DNA of 64,000 nucleotides from an uncultured Gemmatimonadales bacterium (GCA_963851265.1 CAWKNZ010000010.1:64001-128000), one strand, 5' to 3'. Shown: positions 29,169 through 39,931, counted from the stretch's first letter. Notes: generated from the letters alone by a model not told the origin. Translations and numbers: made by a program.

Positions 29169-30022
29169 GCGCGCACTCGCCGGGCGCCCACGCGACGGGT
29201 GGCGACGAGACGGGCGCGCTGCGCGTCGCGCTCGTCCAGCTCGCCGTGCAGGACGGCGACGTGGCCGACAACGTCTCGCGCGCCGCGGCGTTGATCCGCG
29301 GCGCGCCAGCCGCCGACCTGTATCTGCTCCCCGAGCTGTTCACCACGGGCTACGCGCACGACGCGTGGGTGCGCGCCGCTCGCGAGACGACGCGGGACGT
29401 GGTCGCGACGCTGCAAGCGCTTGCCGACGAGCGCGGCGCGTGGGTCGGCGGGTCGATGATCGCGGAGACGGCAGACGGGGGACTCGCCAATCGGTTCCAC
29501 CTGGCCGCCCCGGCGGACGTCGGCGACTTCGGCGTCGTGACGTACGACAAGGCGCACCTGTTTCCGCCGATGGGCGAACCGGAGCGCCTCACCGGTGGTA
29601 CCGAACGCGTGCGGAGCTGCGTCGGCCGCGGCGCTTCGGCGGCGGACGCGTCGCTCAGCATCTGCTTCGACCTGCGCTTCCCCGAGCAGTACCGACTCGA
29701 TGCGCTCGCCGGGTCGACCTTGTTCGCCTGCGTCGCCGAGTGGCCGCACCCGCGCGGCGAGACGCTGCGCCTGCTGGCGCGCGCGCGCGCGGCCGAGAAC
29801 CAGGCGTGGCTGGCGCTCTGTAACCGCGTCGGTCCGGCGAGCGACGGCACCCGCTTCTGCGGCGGCTCGTGCATCATTGCCCCCGACGGCACCGTGGTGG
29901 CCGACGCCGGCGAGTCGGTGGACAGCGTCACCGTCGCGGCGATCGACGTGCAGCTTGCCCACCGTGCGCGCGCGGGTTTCGCGGTGCTCCCGCTGCGCGT
30001 CGCGGGCGTCGACCACGACTGA
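29165..30022 (+). CDS. Carbon-nitrogen hydrolase (nitrilase superfamily, omega-amidase-like)
   Basis: Catalytic triad LPELF, YDKAHLF, ICFDLRFPE; ARAAENQ. Confidence 0.88.
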   Translation: MSAHSPGAHATGGDETGALRVALVQLAVQDGDVADNVSRAAALIRGAPAADLYLLPELFTTGYAHDAWVRAARETTRDVVATLQALADERGAWVGGSMIAETADGGLANRFHLAAPADVGDFGVVTYDKAHLFPPMGEPERLTGGTERVRSCVGRGASAADASLSICFDLRFPEQYRLDALAGSTLFACVAEWPHPRGETLRLLARARAAENQAWLALCNRVGPASDGTRFCGGSCIIAPDGTVVADAGESVDSVTVAAIDVQLAHRARAGFAVLPLRVAGVDHD

Positions 30023-30390
30023 CGGCCGTCGCGCGCGCGGACGTGCGCGTGATCGGACGCTCGCGTCGGCCTGAGTGCCCCCGGCGCGGGGGTTGGGCCG
30101 CCCCGCTTCCGGGCGGCTCACCCCCGAACACCAACGACCACGTGCAGACCGCCCTGTTTGGGTCGCCCGATCTCGGCGGCAGTTTCCCCCGCAGCGTGAC
30201 GGAACGATCGCGCACGCGCCCTATCGCGGAGCAGACGTGGTCGGGCTGACGCAGCCGAACGTCGAGTCGCGCGCGTGTACGGTGCGAGTCGTCGGCTCGC
30301 ACGGCTCGTCACGCGTCGTACTCGGGCTGCTACTCGGCGTCGCGGATGCGAGCTGACCCCGCGCGCGCGGACCCCGCGCGCGCGGACCGC

Positions 30391-31533
30391 ATGCGCGTGC
30401 TCGTGATCGCGGCCGCACGGCCCAACTTCATGAAGGTGGCGCCCATCCTCGCCGCGCTCACGCGCGCCGGGGACGAGGCAGTGCTCGTGCACACCGGGCA
30501 GCACTACGACGCCCGCATGTCGGACGCGTTCTTCGAGGACCTCGCGATTCCGGCGCCGGATCATCACCTCGGGGTGGGTTCGGGCACGCACGCCCAGCAG
30601 ACGGCGCGCGTGATGGAGGCGTTCGAGCCGGTGCTGCGCGCGGCGCGGCCGGACTGGCTCGTCGTCGTGGGCGACGTGAACGCGACGCTCGCGTGCGCGC
30701 TCGTCGCGGCCAAGTTGCGCCCCGAACTCGGCTGCCGCGTCGCGCACGTCGAGGCCGGGCTGCGCAGCGGCGACTGGCGGATGGCGGAAGAGGTGAACCG
30801 CGTCCTCACCGACCGCCTCGCCGACCTGCTGCTCACCCCGTCGCGCGACGCGCTCCCCAACCTCGTGCGCGAGGGGATCGCGGCGGAGCGCGTGGCGTTC
30901 GCTGGGAACGTGATGATCGACACGCTCTTCACGCACCTGCCGCGCGCGCGCGCGGTCGACCTGCCCGCGCGGCTCGGCCTCGCGCGCGGCGGCTACGTCG
31001 CGGCGACGCTCCACCGGCCGTCCAACGTCGACGACCCTAGCGCGTTAGGCATCCTGCTCGACGCGTTCGCGGCCGTGGCCGGCGAGCTGCCGGTGGTGTT
31101 CCCCGTGCACCCGCGCACGCGCAAGCAGGCGGAGGTGTTTGGCCTCACGCCGCGGCTCGAGCGGCTGCGCGTGCTCGAGCCGCTCGGCTACACCGAGATG
31201 CTCTCGCTCACCGAAGGCGCTGCCGTGGTGCTCACCGACTCGGGCGGGCTGCAGGAGGAGACGACGGCGCTCGGCGTGCCCTGCGTGACGCTGCGCGAGC
31301 AGACCGAGCGCCCGGTGACCGTGGCCGAGGGGACCAACCGGCTCGCGCCGTGGCCGCTCACGGTGGAGGGCGTGTTCGGCGCGTACCGCGCGGCGCGCGC
31401 CGCGCCGCGCGCGATCGCCGGCGCACGTCGCCCCGAAGGATGGGACGGGCACGCGGCCGAGCGGATCGTGGCGGCGCTGCGCGCGCACCTGCCCGCGCGG
31501 ACCGACGTCGGCGTCGCGGGCTCGGCGCGCTGA
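30391..31533 (+). CDS. wecB: UDP-N-acetylglucosamine 2-epimerase (non-hydrolysing), paralog 2
   Basis: ARPNFMK, HTGQHYD, GDVNAT, HVEAGLRS, GNVMID, TDSGGLQEET, TERP. Confidence 0.92.
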   Translation: MRVLVIAAARPNFMKVAPILAALTRAGDEAVLVHTGQHYDARMSDAFFEDLAIPAPDHHLGVGSGTHAQQTARVMEAFEPVLRAARPDWLVVVGDVNATLACALVAAKLRPELGCRVAHVEAGLRSGDWRMAEEVNRVLTDRLADLLLTPSRDALPNLVREGIAAERVAFAGNVMIDTLFTHLPRARAVDLPARLGLARGGYVAATLHRPSNVDDPSALGILLDAFAAVAGELPVVFPVHPRTRKQAEVFGLTPRLERLRVLEPLGYTEMLSLTEGAAVVLTDSGGLQEETTALGVPCVTLREQTERPVTVAEGTNRLAPWPLTVEGVFGAYRAARAAPRAIAGARRPEGWDGHAAERIVAALRAHLPARTDVGVAGSAR

Positions 31534-31597
31534 GTGCTGATGTCGCGTGTTCGCGTGGCCCCGGGCCGCAGCGCGACGCGGAAGCACGGCGAGGCGA

Positions 31598-32518
31598 TCA
31601 GGGCAGCGCCGTCACGTCGAAGCCCTGACGCGCGGCGTGTACGCCGACGCGCTCCGCGCCGGCGTACACGTTGAACCGTTGCTGGCGGACGAAGCCGAGC
31701 AGCGTGAGGCCGTAGGCGCGCGCGGTCTCGACGGCGAGACTCGACGGCGCGCCGACGGCCGCGAGGATGGGGATTCCGGCGGCCAGCGCCTTGTGCACGA
31801 GTTCGAAGCTGGCCCGCCCGCTGACGAGGAGCACGCGGTCGTCGAGCGGCAGCCGCCCGGCGAGCAGGGCCGCGCCGACGAGCTTGTCGACGGCATTGTG
31901 CCGTCCCACGTCCTCGCGTACGGCGACCAGGTCGCCGCCGGGGGTGAAGAGGGCCGCGGCGTGCAGCCCTCCGGTTCGGTCGAACACCGCCTGCGCGTCG
32001 CGCAGCGTGCCGGGCAGCCCGTGCACGGCCTCGGGCGTGACGACGGGGCGGCCCGGCGGCAGCGCGATCGCGCGCCCGGCGGCGAGCGCCTCGAGCGACG
32101 TCTTGCCGCACACGCCGCAGCTGGACGCCGTGTAGAAGTGGCGCTCGAGCCGGCGCACGTCGACCGGGACGCCGGCGCGCACCGTGATGCGCACGGTGTT
32201 GCAGTCGCGCGCGCCGGGCGCGGTGGGCGGCTCCGACGCGGGCGCGCCGATTTCGTCCACTCCGGCAATTATACCCTCGGTGTAGAGGAAGCCGAGGGCG
32301 AGCTCGACGTCGTGGCCGGGCGTGCGCATCGTCACCGAGACGCTCTCCGTCACGCGGCCGCCGTCGCGATCGAACGCGAGTTCGATGAGCAGCGGCTCCT
32401 CGATGGCGACCTCGTCTGCGACGTCCGTCGCGTGCGCACCGTCGACGCGCCGGACCACGCCGTCGGCGAGTGGCGCGGGCACGTCGCGCGCGGGAGCCGT
32501 CGACGTGCGTGCCGTCAT
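31598..32518 (-). CDS. fdhD: Formate dehydrogenase accessory sulfurtransferase
   Basis: TMRTPG, SSCGVCG, TGGLHAA, EDVGRHNAVDK, SGRASFELV. Confidence 0.95.
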   Translation of the reverse strand: MTARTSTAPARDVPAPLADGVVRRVDGAHATDVADEVAIEEPLLIELAFDRDGGRVTESVSVTMRTPGHDVELALGFLYTEGIIAGVDEIGAPASEPPTAPGARDCNTVRITVRAGVPVDVRRLERHFYTASSCGVCGKTSLEALAAGRAIALPPGRPVVTPEAVHGLPGTLRDAQAVFDRTGGLHAAALFTPGGDLVAVREDVGRHNAVDKLVGAALLAGRLPLDDRVLLVSGRASFELVHKALAAGIPILAAVGAPSSLAVETARAYGLTLLGFVRQQRFNVYAGAERVGVHAARQGFDVTALP

Positions 32519-32712
32519 GCGGGATGAGCCATGGAGGATGAATCGCGGGCGCGCGGGAACGTGCCAACGTCGTTCAGCGCTGATGCAACGCGCGCGCGAA
32601 ATGGTGGACCTGGTGCGGTACGTGGTACAGTTTGCACGCACCGCTTGGACGCACTGCGCCCCGGCGCGCGTAGCAGCGCCGATACATCTTCATCATATCT
32701 TATCTGTCCGGC

Positions 32713-34173
32713 ATGTCGTCCGCACTGGCGTTTCTCGACCGCGACCGCACGATCGCGCCGCCCGGTTACAACCGCTGGCTCGTGCCGCCCGCGGCGCTCG
32801 CGATCCACCTGTCGATCGGGCAGGCGTACGCGTTCTCGGTCTTCAACCTCCCGCTCTCCAAGCAACTCGGCGTCACCACGTCGGCGCCCGGCGACTGGTC
32901 GCTCAGCACCATCGGCTGGGTGTTCTCCGCGGCGATCGTGATGCTCGGGCTCTCGGCCGCACTGTTCGGGGCGTGGCTCGAGCGCGCCGGCCCGCGCAAG
33001 GCGATGTTCGCGTCCGCGTGCTGCTTCGCGGCCGGCTTCTTCGTCGGCTCGTTCGGCGTGTCGACGCACCAGTTCTGGCTGCTGCTCCTCGGGTACGGCG
33101 TGATCGGCGGGACCGGGCTCGGCCTGGGTTACATCTCGCCGGTGAGCACGCTCATCAAGTGGTTCCCCGACCGGCCCGGTATGGCGACTGGCCTGGCGAT
33201 CATGGGGTTCGGCGGCGGCGCGATGATCGCGTCGCCCCTCTCGGTCGCGCTGATGGACCATTTCAAGTCGGCGACCTCGACCGGCGTCGCGCCGACGTTC
33301 GTGACGTTGGGCGTGATCTACCTCGTGTTCATGATGTTCGGCGTGTTCACGGTCCGCGTGCCCGCCGTGGGGTGGACCCCCGCCGCCGCGGTCCGCGGCG
33401 TGCCCGAGACGTCGGGGTCGACGTCGACGATGACCGCCGCGTGGGCCGCCGCTCGCCCCGCCGCATCCCGCCCCACGGTGCCCGACGTGGCCGTGTCGGA
33501 CGCGGTGCGCACGCCGCAGTTCTGGCTGCTCTGGGCGATGCTCCTGGTCAACGTGACCGCCGGCATCGCCGTGCTGAGCCAGGCGTCGCCGATGATCCAG
33601 GAGATGTTCCCCGGGCGGATCGGCGCCCAAGCCGCCGCGGCGTTCGTCGGGCTGTTGAGCCTCGCGAACCTCGTCGGGCGCTTCTTCTGGGCGTCGTTCT
33701 CCGACCGGATCGGGCGCCGCGCGACGTTCGCGACCTTCTTCACGCTCGGCGCCGTGCTCTACGCGCTCGTCCCGACGCTCGGGCGCTCGGGCGTCGTCGC
33801 CCTGTTCGTCGGAGCGTGCGTGGTGATCCTGTCGATGTACGGCGGCGGCTTCGCGACGATCCCGGCCTACTTGCGCGACCTGTTCGGCACGGGCCAGGTC
33901 GGCGCCATTCACGGCCGCCTCCTCACGGCGTGGTCCACCGCCGGCGTGCTCGGGCCGGTGCTCGTCAACTACGTACGCGACTACCGCATCGCGCACGGCG
34001 TTCCCAAGGCGGAGGCGTACAGCACGACGATGTACGTGATGACCGCGCTGCTGCTCGTCGGACTCGTCGCGAGCACGCGGGTGCGCGCGCTGAGCGCGGC
34101 GCGGCTGGGCGCCGTCGGGGGCGGTCGGGTGAACGCGCCCGTCGTGCCGCGGGCCGTGGAGCGCGCGTCGTGA
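32713..34173 (+). CDS. MFS transporter, oxalate/formate antiporter (OFA) family
   Basis: IHLSIGQAYAFSVF, KWFPDRPGMATG, YGGGFATIPAYL; 12 TM. Confidence 0.9.
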   Translation: MSSALAFLDRDRTIAPPGYNRWLVPPAALAIHLSIGQAYAFSVFNLPLSKQLGVTTSAPGDWSLSTIGWVFSAAIVMLGLSAALFGAWLERAGPRKAMFASACCFAAGFFVGSFGVSTHQFWLLLLGYGVIGGTGLGLGYISPVSTLIKWFPDRPGMATGLAIMGFGGGAMIASPLSVALMDHFKSATSTGVAPTFVTLGVIYLVFMMFGVFTVRVPAVGWTPAAAVRGVPETSGSTSTMTAAWAAARPAASRPTVPDVAVSDAVRTPQFWLLWAMLLVNVTAGIAVLSQASPMIQEMFPGRIGAQAAAAFVGLLSLANLVGRFFWASFSDRIGRRATFATFFTLGAVLYALVPTLGRSGVVALFVGACVVILSMYGGGFATIPAYLRDLFGTGQVGAIHGRLLTAWSTAGVLGPVLVNYVRDYRIAHGVPKAEAYSTTMYVMTALLLVGLVASTRVRALSAARLGAVGGGRVNAPVVPRAVERAS

Positions 34174-34331
34174 GCGGGCCGCGGTTGGACGGCACGGGCA
34201 CGGCGGCGCGCGGCGCCGCGCCGCCGACCTCGCCGGTCGCGCTCGTGATCATCTCGTGGGCCATCGTCGGCGTCCCGGCGCTATGGGGCGTCGCGCAGAC
34301 GGTCATCAAATCGCTTGCCCTGTTTCGCTGA
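34170..34331 (+). CDS. Small membrane protein accompanying OFA transporters (53 aa)
   Basis: GTG overlaps the MFS stop; SWAIVGVPALWGVAQTVIKSLALF. Confidence 0.7.
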   Translation: MSGPRLDGTGTAARGAAPPTSPVALVIISWAIVGVPALWGVAQTVIKSLALFR

Positions 34332-34965
34332 CCGGGCCGCCGCTGACGATGCGGCCCCGGGCCGCGACCCGACGACCGTTACCGGCGTGATCCTCGCGGG
34401 CGGCAGGGCGACGCGGTTCGGCGGAGCGGCGAAGGGGCTCGAGCGGATCGGCAGCGTCCGCATCATCGACCGCGTCGCGGCGGCGCTGGACGGGGTGTGC
34501 GACCGCCTGCTGCTCGTAGCCAACGCGCCGGACGCCGGCACGTGGCTTCCCGGCGCGCGCGTCGCGCCCGACGTGCTGCCCGGGTTCGGCAGCCTCGGCG
34601 GGCTGCATGCCGCGCTCGCGCACGCGGGCACCGCCGTCGTCGTCGTCGCGTGGGACATGCCGTTCGTCCCCGCTGGGCTGCTCGCCGCGCTCCGGACCGA
34701 GGGCGATCTCGGCGCGACGGCCGTGATCCCGGATGCTGGGAGTGGGCCAGAGCCGCTCTGCGCGTACTACGCGCGCGATTGTTGCCCCGTGGCCGAGCGC
34801 CTGCTCCGCGCCGGCGAACGTCGGGCGCGCGCGCTCGGCGACGCGGTCGGCGCGCGTCGATTCGACGCCGGACAGGTCGCTCGGTTCGGCGACCCGCATA
34901 CCCTCTTCCGCAACGTGAACACGCCCCACGACCTCGACGCCGCGCGCGCACACGTCGCCGCGTGA
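34315..34965 (+). CDS. mobA: Molybdenum cofactor guanylyltransferase
   Basis: GVILAGGRATRFGG..K, WDMPF, EPLCAYY, NVNTP; start uncertain. Confidence 0.88.
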   Translation: MPCFADRAAADDAAPGRDPTTVTGVILAGGRATRFGGAAKGLERIGSVRIIDRVAAALDGVCDRLLLVANAPDAGTWLPGARVAPDVLPGFGSLGGLHAALAHAGTAVVVVAWDMPFVPAGLLAALRTEGDLGATAVIPDAGSGPEPLCAYYARDCCPVAERLLRAGERRARALGDAVGARRFDAGQVARFGDPHTLFRNVNTPHDLDAARAHVAA

Positions 34966-35519
34966 GCGTACCACCGCTGGTCGCCGTCGTCGGTCGCAAG
35001 CACAGCGGCAAGACCACACTCGTCGTGCGCCTCGTCGCGGCGTTGGTCGCGCGCGGACATCGCGTGATGACCATCAAGCACGGCCACCACACGTTCAACC
35101 TCGACCCGTCCACCACGGACACGTACCGCCACTACCACGAGGGCGGGGCCGAGCGCGTCGCGATGGCCGCGCCCGACAAGTTCGCGCTCGTGGTCCGGTG
35201 GGGCGACGAGCGCGGCGGACCCGAACTCGGGCCCGAGGCGATCGCGGAGCGCTACCTGAGCGACGCCGACGTCGTGGTCTGCGAGGGGTTCAAGAATTCG
35301 GCGCTGCCCATGATCGAGGTATTCCGCGAGGCCGCACACCGCGCCCCGATCTACGAGCCCGGCGGCCCGACGGCGCCGCAGTACCTCGCCGTGGTGACGG
35401 ACGTGCCTAACGGCGGGACCGACGCGCGGCTCGCCGGCGTGCGCGTGCTGTCGTTCGACGACCCGGGACACCTCGACGCGCTCGCGGCGATCGTCGAGGG
35501 CTCGGTCATGCGCCGCTGA
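34962..35519 (+). CDS. mobB: Molybdopterin-guanine dinucleotide biosynthesis protein B
   Basis: GRKHSGKTT, IKHGHH, DTYRH, CEGFK. Confidence 0.9.
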   Translation: MSVPPLVAVVGRKHSGKTTLVVRLVAALVARGHRVMTIKHGHHTFNLDPSTTDTYRHYHEGGAERVAMAAPDKFALVVRWGDERGGPELGPEAIAERYLSDADVVVCEGFKNSALPMIEVFREAAHRAPIYEPGGPTAPQYLAVVTDVPNGGTDARLAGVRVLSFDDPGHLDALAAIVEGSVMRR

Positions 35520-35537
35520 CGCGCGGCGCGCCCCGTC

Positions 35538-36857
35538 GTGTCGGGCCCCTGGCGTGGCGCCCCGCCCCGCGACCGCGAGCGGCTAACGGCTGGGGAGGCG
35601 GGCGCGCGGATCCTCGACGCGGTGCAGCCGCTCGCGGCCGAGGGCGTCGCGCTCGACGATGCGTTCGGCCGGGTGCTCGCCGAGCCCGTGTCGTCTCCGC
35701 TCACCATCCCGCCGTGGGATGCGAGCGCGATGGACGGCTACGCCGTGCGCGCGGTGGACGTTCGTGGCGCCGCGCCCGCGGAGCCGGTGTACCTCGCCGT
35801 CGACGGTACGGTGGCCGCCGGGCACGAGGACGCGCGTCCGCTCGCCCCGGGGACCGCGCGTCGCATCATGACCGGCGCGCCGCTCCCGCCCGGGGCTGAT
35901 GCGGTCGTGCGCGTGGAGGACACGGACGGCGGGGGCGGACGGGTGGCCGTATGGCGAGAGGCGTCGCCGGCGCGCGACGTCCGCCGCCGCGGCGAGGACG
36001 TGCGCACGGGCGACGTCGTGCTCGACGGCGGCGCGTCGCTCGGACCCGCGCAGATCGGGCTGCTCGCCGCTTGCGCCGCCGCGACGGTTCACGTGCACCG
36101 CCGCCCGCGCGTGGGCATCCTCGGATCGGGCGACGAACTCGTCCCGCTGGCTCGCGCGTCCGAGGCCGTGACCCGGGGACGCATCGTGGGCTCCAACAAT
36201 CACGCACTCGCCGCCGCGGTCCGCGAGGCAGGCGGCATCCCGGTGGACCTGGGCATCGCGGCCGATACCGTGGATGCGGTACGCGAGCGCATGGCAGCGG
36301 GCGCCGGCTGTGACCTGATCGTCACCACCGCCGGCGTCTCGGCCGGCGAGTTCGACTGCATGCACGACGCGGTCGCCGGGATGGGCGGCCGCGCCGCGCG
36401 GTGGGCGGTGCGCATGCGCCCGGGCGCGCCGATGGGGTTCGGCCGCGTGGGCGCGGCGCCCGGCGTGACGTGGCTCGGCCTGTCCGGCAACCCCGGCGCC
36501 GCGCTCGTCGCCTTCGAGCTGTTCGCACGACCCGCGATCCGGCGCCTCGGCGGACACCGGGCGCCCTTTCGCCGGGTCGTGCCGGTGGTACTCGGTGAGC
36601 CCCTCGTGCTCGCCGCGTCGGTGCTGCACCTGCTCCGCGTCGAGCTACACGAGGGCGACCGCGACGCCCCGGACGACCGTCACGTCCCGCGCGCGCGGCT
36701 CGCGGGCGCACAGGGGGCCGGGCGGCTCACGACGGCGGCGCGCGCGGACGCCCTACTCATCGTGCCGGAGGCGCGCGCGCGGTACGAGGCGGGCGAGCGG
36801 CTCACGGCCATTCCGTTAGGCGACGCTCCGCCCAGCGCGACGCCGCCACCGCTCTGA
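35538..36857 (+). CDS. moeA: Molybdopterin molybdotransferase (divergent)
   Basis: GRVLAE, SAMDGYA, IMTGAPLP.GAD, SGDEL, GLSGNP. Confidence 0.88.
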   Translation: MSGPWRGAPPRDRERLTAGEAGARILDAVQPLAAEGVALDDAFGRVLAEPVSSPLTIPPWDASAMDGYAVRAVDVRGAAPAEPVYLAVDGTVAAGHEDARPLAPGTARRIMTGAPLPPGADAVVRVEDTDGGGGRVAVWREASPARDVRRRGEDVRTGDVVLDGGASLGPAQIGLLAACAAATVHVHRRPRVGILGSGDELVPLARASEAVTRGRIVGSNNHALAAAVREAGGIPVDLGIAADTVDAVRERMAAGAGCDLIVTTAGVSAGEFDCMHDAVAGMGGRAARWAVRMRPGAPMGFGRVGAAPGVTWLGLSGNPGAALVAFELFARPAIRRLGGHRAPFRRVVPVVLGEPLVLAASVLHLLRVELHEGDRDAPDDRHVPRARLAGAQGAGRLTTAARADALLIVPEARARYEAGERLTAIPLGDAPPSATPPPL

Positions 36858-36910
36858 TCGCCCGGGTGCCGGGGCGCGCGTGGCGCGCTTCCTGTACACC
36901 ACCGCCCGCC

Positions 36911-38254
36911 ATGACGCGCAGCTTCCTCGACGTCCTCGCGCACGCGCGCGCCGCGCCCGACGGTTGGGACGACTACGCCAAGCCGCGGACATCTCGCCGC
37001 GGAACGCCCGTCGCGGTGCCCGACGGCGATACCGGCCGGTTCCTGTTCGCGACGGGCGTCGAATGCTCGTACCCTAGAGCGATGGGGCGCGACGGGCGTG
37101 TCGTCCGACGCGACCAACTCGCGGAGTGCCACCATTACGATCGTTGGCGCGAGGATTTCGCGCTCGTCCGCGATCTCGGGCTGCGCGTGCTGCGTTATGG
37201 GCTGCCGTACTACCGAATCCACCTCGGGCCCGACTGCTACGACTGGAGCTTCGCCGACGAGGCGATGGCCGAACTTCGGCGCGTCGGCATCACGCCCATC
37301 CTCGACCTGTTGCACTTCGGCGTCCCCGACTGGCTCGGCGATCTCCAGAATCCGGAGCTGCCGCTGCACTTCGCGCGTTATGCCGACGCGGTCGCCGAAC
37401 GCTACCCGTGGGTGCGCTACTACACGCCTGTCAACGAGGCGTACGTGGCCGCGCGCGCGAGCGCGCGCGACGGCGTCTGGAACGAGCGTCTGAAGACCGA
37501 GCGCGGGTTCGTGACCGCGATCTGCCACCTCGCCGCCGCGGGCAAGCTCGCCGCGTCCGCGATCGCCCGACGCCGCCCGGACGCCGTCTTCGTCCAGAGC
37601 GAATCCACGGAGATCACGCACGACCTTCATGGCGTGCCGGACCCGGCGACCGACTTCGACAACGAGGTGCGCTTCCTCTCGCTCGACCTGCTCTACGCGC
37701 ACCAGCCGCGAGGCGACGTGGCGCTCTACCTGCTCGACAACGGCCTCACCCGCGACGCCTACACGTGGTTCATGCGCGGCGAGCCGCCCGGATATCACGT
37801 GATGGGCAACGACTACTACGGGCGTAACGAGTGGTTGCTGCTCCCCGACGGCTCGCGACAGCGGGCGGAGGACATCGCGGGCTGGTACGGCGTGAGCAAG
37901 CTCTACCAGAAGCGGTACCGCAAGCCGATGATGCACACCGAGACCAACGTCTTCGACGCGGACGCGGCGCCGATGTGGCTCTGGAAGCAGTGGCTCAACG
38001 TGCTTCGCATCCGCGCCGACGGGTACCCCGTGGTCGGATTCACGTGGTACTCGCTCACCGATCAGGTGGACTGGGATACGTCGCTCGCCGAACAGAACGG
38101 TCGGGTGAACGCGTGCGGCCTCTACGACCTCGACCGAAAGCCGCGGCCCGTCGCCGCTGCTTACCGCACGCTGCTCGAGGAGTTCGGCCATCTTTCCACG
38201 CTCGGCGGAACGGACCTGTTTCAGCTGGCAGACGGCCCCGCGCGCGGCCGGTAG
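36911..38254 (+). CDS. Glycoside hydrolase family 1-like (beta-glucosidase-like)
   Basis: [16 protein letters not shown], acid/base TPVNE, nucleophile [18 protein letters not shown]. Confidence 0.8.
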   Translation: MTRSFLDVLAHARAAPDGWDDYAKPRTSRRGTPVAVPDGDTGRFLFATGVECSYPRAMGRDGRVVRRDQLAECHHYDRWREDFALVRDLGLRVLRYGLPYYRIHLGPDCYDWSFADEAMAELRRVGITPILDLLHFGVPDWLGDLQNPELPLHFARYADAVAERYPWVRYYTPVNEAYVAARASARDGVWNERLKTERGFVTAICHLAAAGKLAASAIARRRPDAVFVQSESTEITHDLHGVPDPATDFDNEVRFLSLDLLYAHQPRGDVALYLLDNGLTRDAYTWFMRGEPPGYHVMGNDYYGRNEWLLLPDGSRQRAEDIAGWYGVSKLYQKRYRKPMMHTETNVFDADAAPMWLWKQWLNVLRIRADGYPVVGFTWYSLTDQVDWDTSLAEQNGRVNACGLYDLDRKPRPVAAAYRTLLEEFGHLSTLGGTDLFQLADGPARGR

Positions 38255-38322
38255 GCGCGCGGACGCCGGACCATTCACCGCTCCATACGAGCCTGCCGCC
38301 CGGCGAGGGCTCCCACCGGTAT

Positions 38323-39828
38323 ATGATCGACCTCAAGACCTTCGAGGTATGGTTCGTCACGGGGAGCCAGCACCTGTACGGTCCCGAGACGCTGGAGCAG
38401 GTGGCGGAGCACTCCCGCACCGTCGCGCGCGCGTTGGACGAGAGCGCCGACATCCCCGTGCGCGTGGTCTTCAAGCCCGTCCTCACCACGCCCGACGAGA
38501 TCGCGCGCCTCGCGCTCGACGCGAACCGCGCGGATCGGTGCGTGGGACTCGTGACGTGGATGCACACGTTCTCGCCCGCGAAGATGTGGATCGCCGCGCT
38601 GCGCGCACTGCAGAAGCCGTTTCTGCACCTGCACACGCAGTTCAACCGCGACCTTCCGTGGCGCGAGATCGACATGGACTTCATGAACCTGAACCAGTCG
38701 GCGCACGGCGACCGCGAGTTCGGGTTCATCGGCAGCCGCATGCGCCTGGAGCGCAAGGTGGTCGTCGGGCACTGGGAGGAGCCGGGCGTGCGGGCGAGCG
38801 TCGGCGCGTGGGCGCGCGCGGCGTCCGCGTGGCACGACGCGCAGGGCGCGCGCTTCGTACGCTTCGGCGACAACATGCGCGAGGTCGCCGTGACCGAAGG
38901 CGACAAGGTCAACGCCCAGATGCGCCTCGGCTACAGCGTGAACGGCTATGGGGTCGGTGACCTCGTCCGGATCGTCGACGGTGTCGGCGACGCCGACGTC
39001 GACGCGATCGTCCGCGAGTACGACGAGCAGTACACGGTCGCGCCCGAGCTGCGCGCCGGCGGCGCGCGCCACCAGTCGCTCCGCGACGGCGCGCGCATCG
39101 AGATCGGGATCCGCCGCTTCCTGGAGGACGGCAACTTCAAGGGGTTCACGACGACGTTCGAAGACCTGCACGGCCTCGCGCAGCTCCCCGGGCTCGGGCC
39201 GCAGCGGCTGATGGCGGAGGGCTACGGTTTCGCCGGCGAGGGCGACTGGAAGACGGCCGCGCTCGTGCGCGCGATGAAGGTGATGGGCGCCGGCCTGACG
39301 GGGGGCACGTCGTTCATGGAGGATTACACGTACCACCTCAGCCCCGACGGCGCGAAGGTGTTGGGCTCGCACATGCTCGAGGTCTGCCCGTCGATCGCCG
39401 GGACGCGACCCGCGCTCGACGTTCACCCGCTCGGCATCGGCGGCAAGGCGGACCCGGTGCGCCTCGTGTTCGACGCCAAGACGGGGCCCGCGGTGAACGC
39501 GTCGGTGGTCGAGATGGGAGACCGGTACCGGATGGTCGTCAACTCGGTGAACGCGGTTCCGACCGACGCGCCGCTCCCGAAGCTGCCGGTCGCGCGCGCG
39601 TTCTGGACGCCGCAGCCCGACCTCAAGACCGGCGCGGCCGCGTGGATTTACGCCGGCGGCGCGCACCACACCGGTTTCAGCTTCGACCTCGCCGCGGAGC
39701 ACCTCTCGGACTTCGCGGAGATGGCCGGGATGGAGTGCCTGCTCATCGACCACGACACGACGGTGCCGAACTTCAAGAAGGAGCTGCGCTGGAACGACCT
39801 GTACTACCGGCTCGCGAAGGGGCTCTGA
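38323..39828 (+). CDS. araA: L-arabinose isomerase
   Basis: [62 protein letters not shown]. Confidence 0.97.
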   Translation: MIDLKTFEVWFVTGSQHLYGPETLEQVAEHSRTVARALDESADIPVRVVFKPVLTTPDEIARLALDANRADRCVGLVTWMHTFSPAKMWIAALRALQKPFLHLHTQFNRDLPWREIDMDFMNLNQSAHGDREFGFIGSRMRLERKVVVGHWEEPGVRASVGAWARAASAWHDAQGARFVRFGDNMREVAVTEGDKVNAQMRLGYSVNGYGVGDLVRIVDGVGDADVDAIVREYDEQYTVAPELRAGGARHQSLRDGARIEIGIRRFLEDGNFKGFTTTFEDLHGLAQLPGLGPQRLMAEGYGFAGEGDWKTAALVRAMKVMGAGLTGGTSFMEDYTYHLSPDGAKVLGSHMLEVCPSIAGTRPALDVHPLGIGGKADPVRLVFDAKTGPAVNASVVEMGDRYRMVVNSVNAVPTDAPLPKLPVARAFWTPQPDLKTGAAAWIYAGGAHHTGFSFDLAAEHLSDFAEMAGMECLLIDHDTTVPNFKKELRWNDLYYRLAKGL

Positions 39829-39880
39829 CCGGGGACGATTTCCGCGCCGAAACGGACCGGCCAGGTGCCTAACGACAAGA

Positions 39881-39904
39881 CGCCGGCCACGGTGGTGGCC
39901 GGCG
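39881..39904. terminator. Perfect 10-bp stem hairpin between convergent araA and ferritin-like genes
   Basis: cgccggccac-ggtg-gtggccggcg; T-rich tail on the minus strand. Confidence 0.6.
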
Positions 39905-39931
39905 CCTCGATCATGCCGCGACTGCGGGCCG

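Noticed and set aside
30356..30390. Short direct repeat gaccccgcgcgcgcg x2 before wecB
   Set aside because: Only two low-complexity GC units; likely local slippage.
36881..36896. Sigma-54-like TGGCGCG-CTTC-CTGT before the GH1-like gene
   Set aside because: It lacks the conserved -12 GC, so it is too weak to call.
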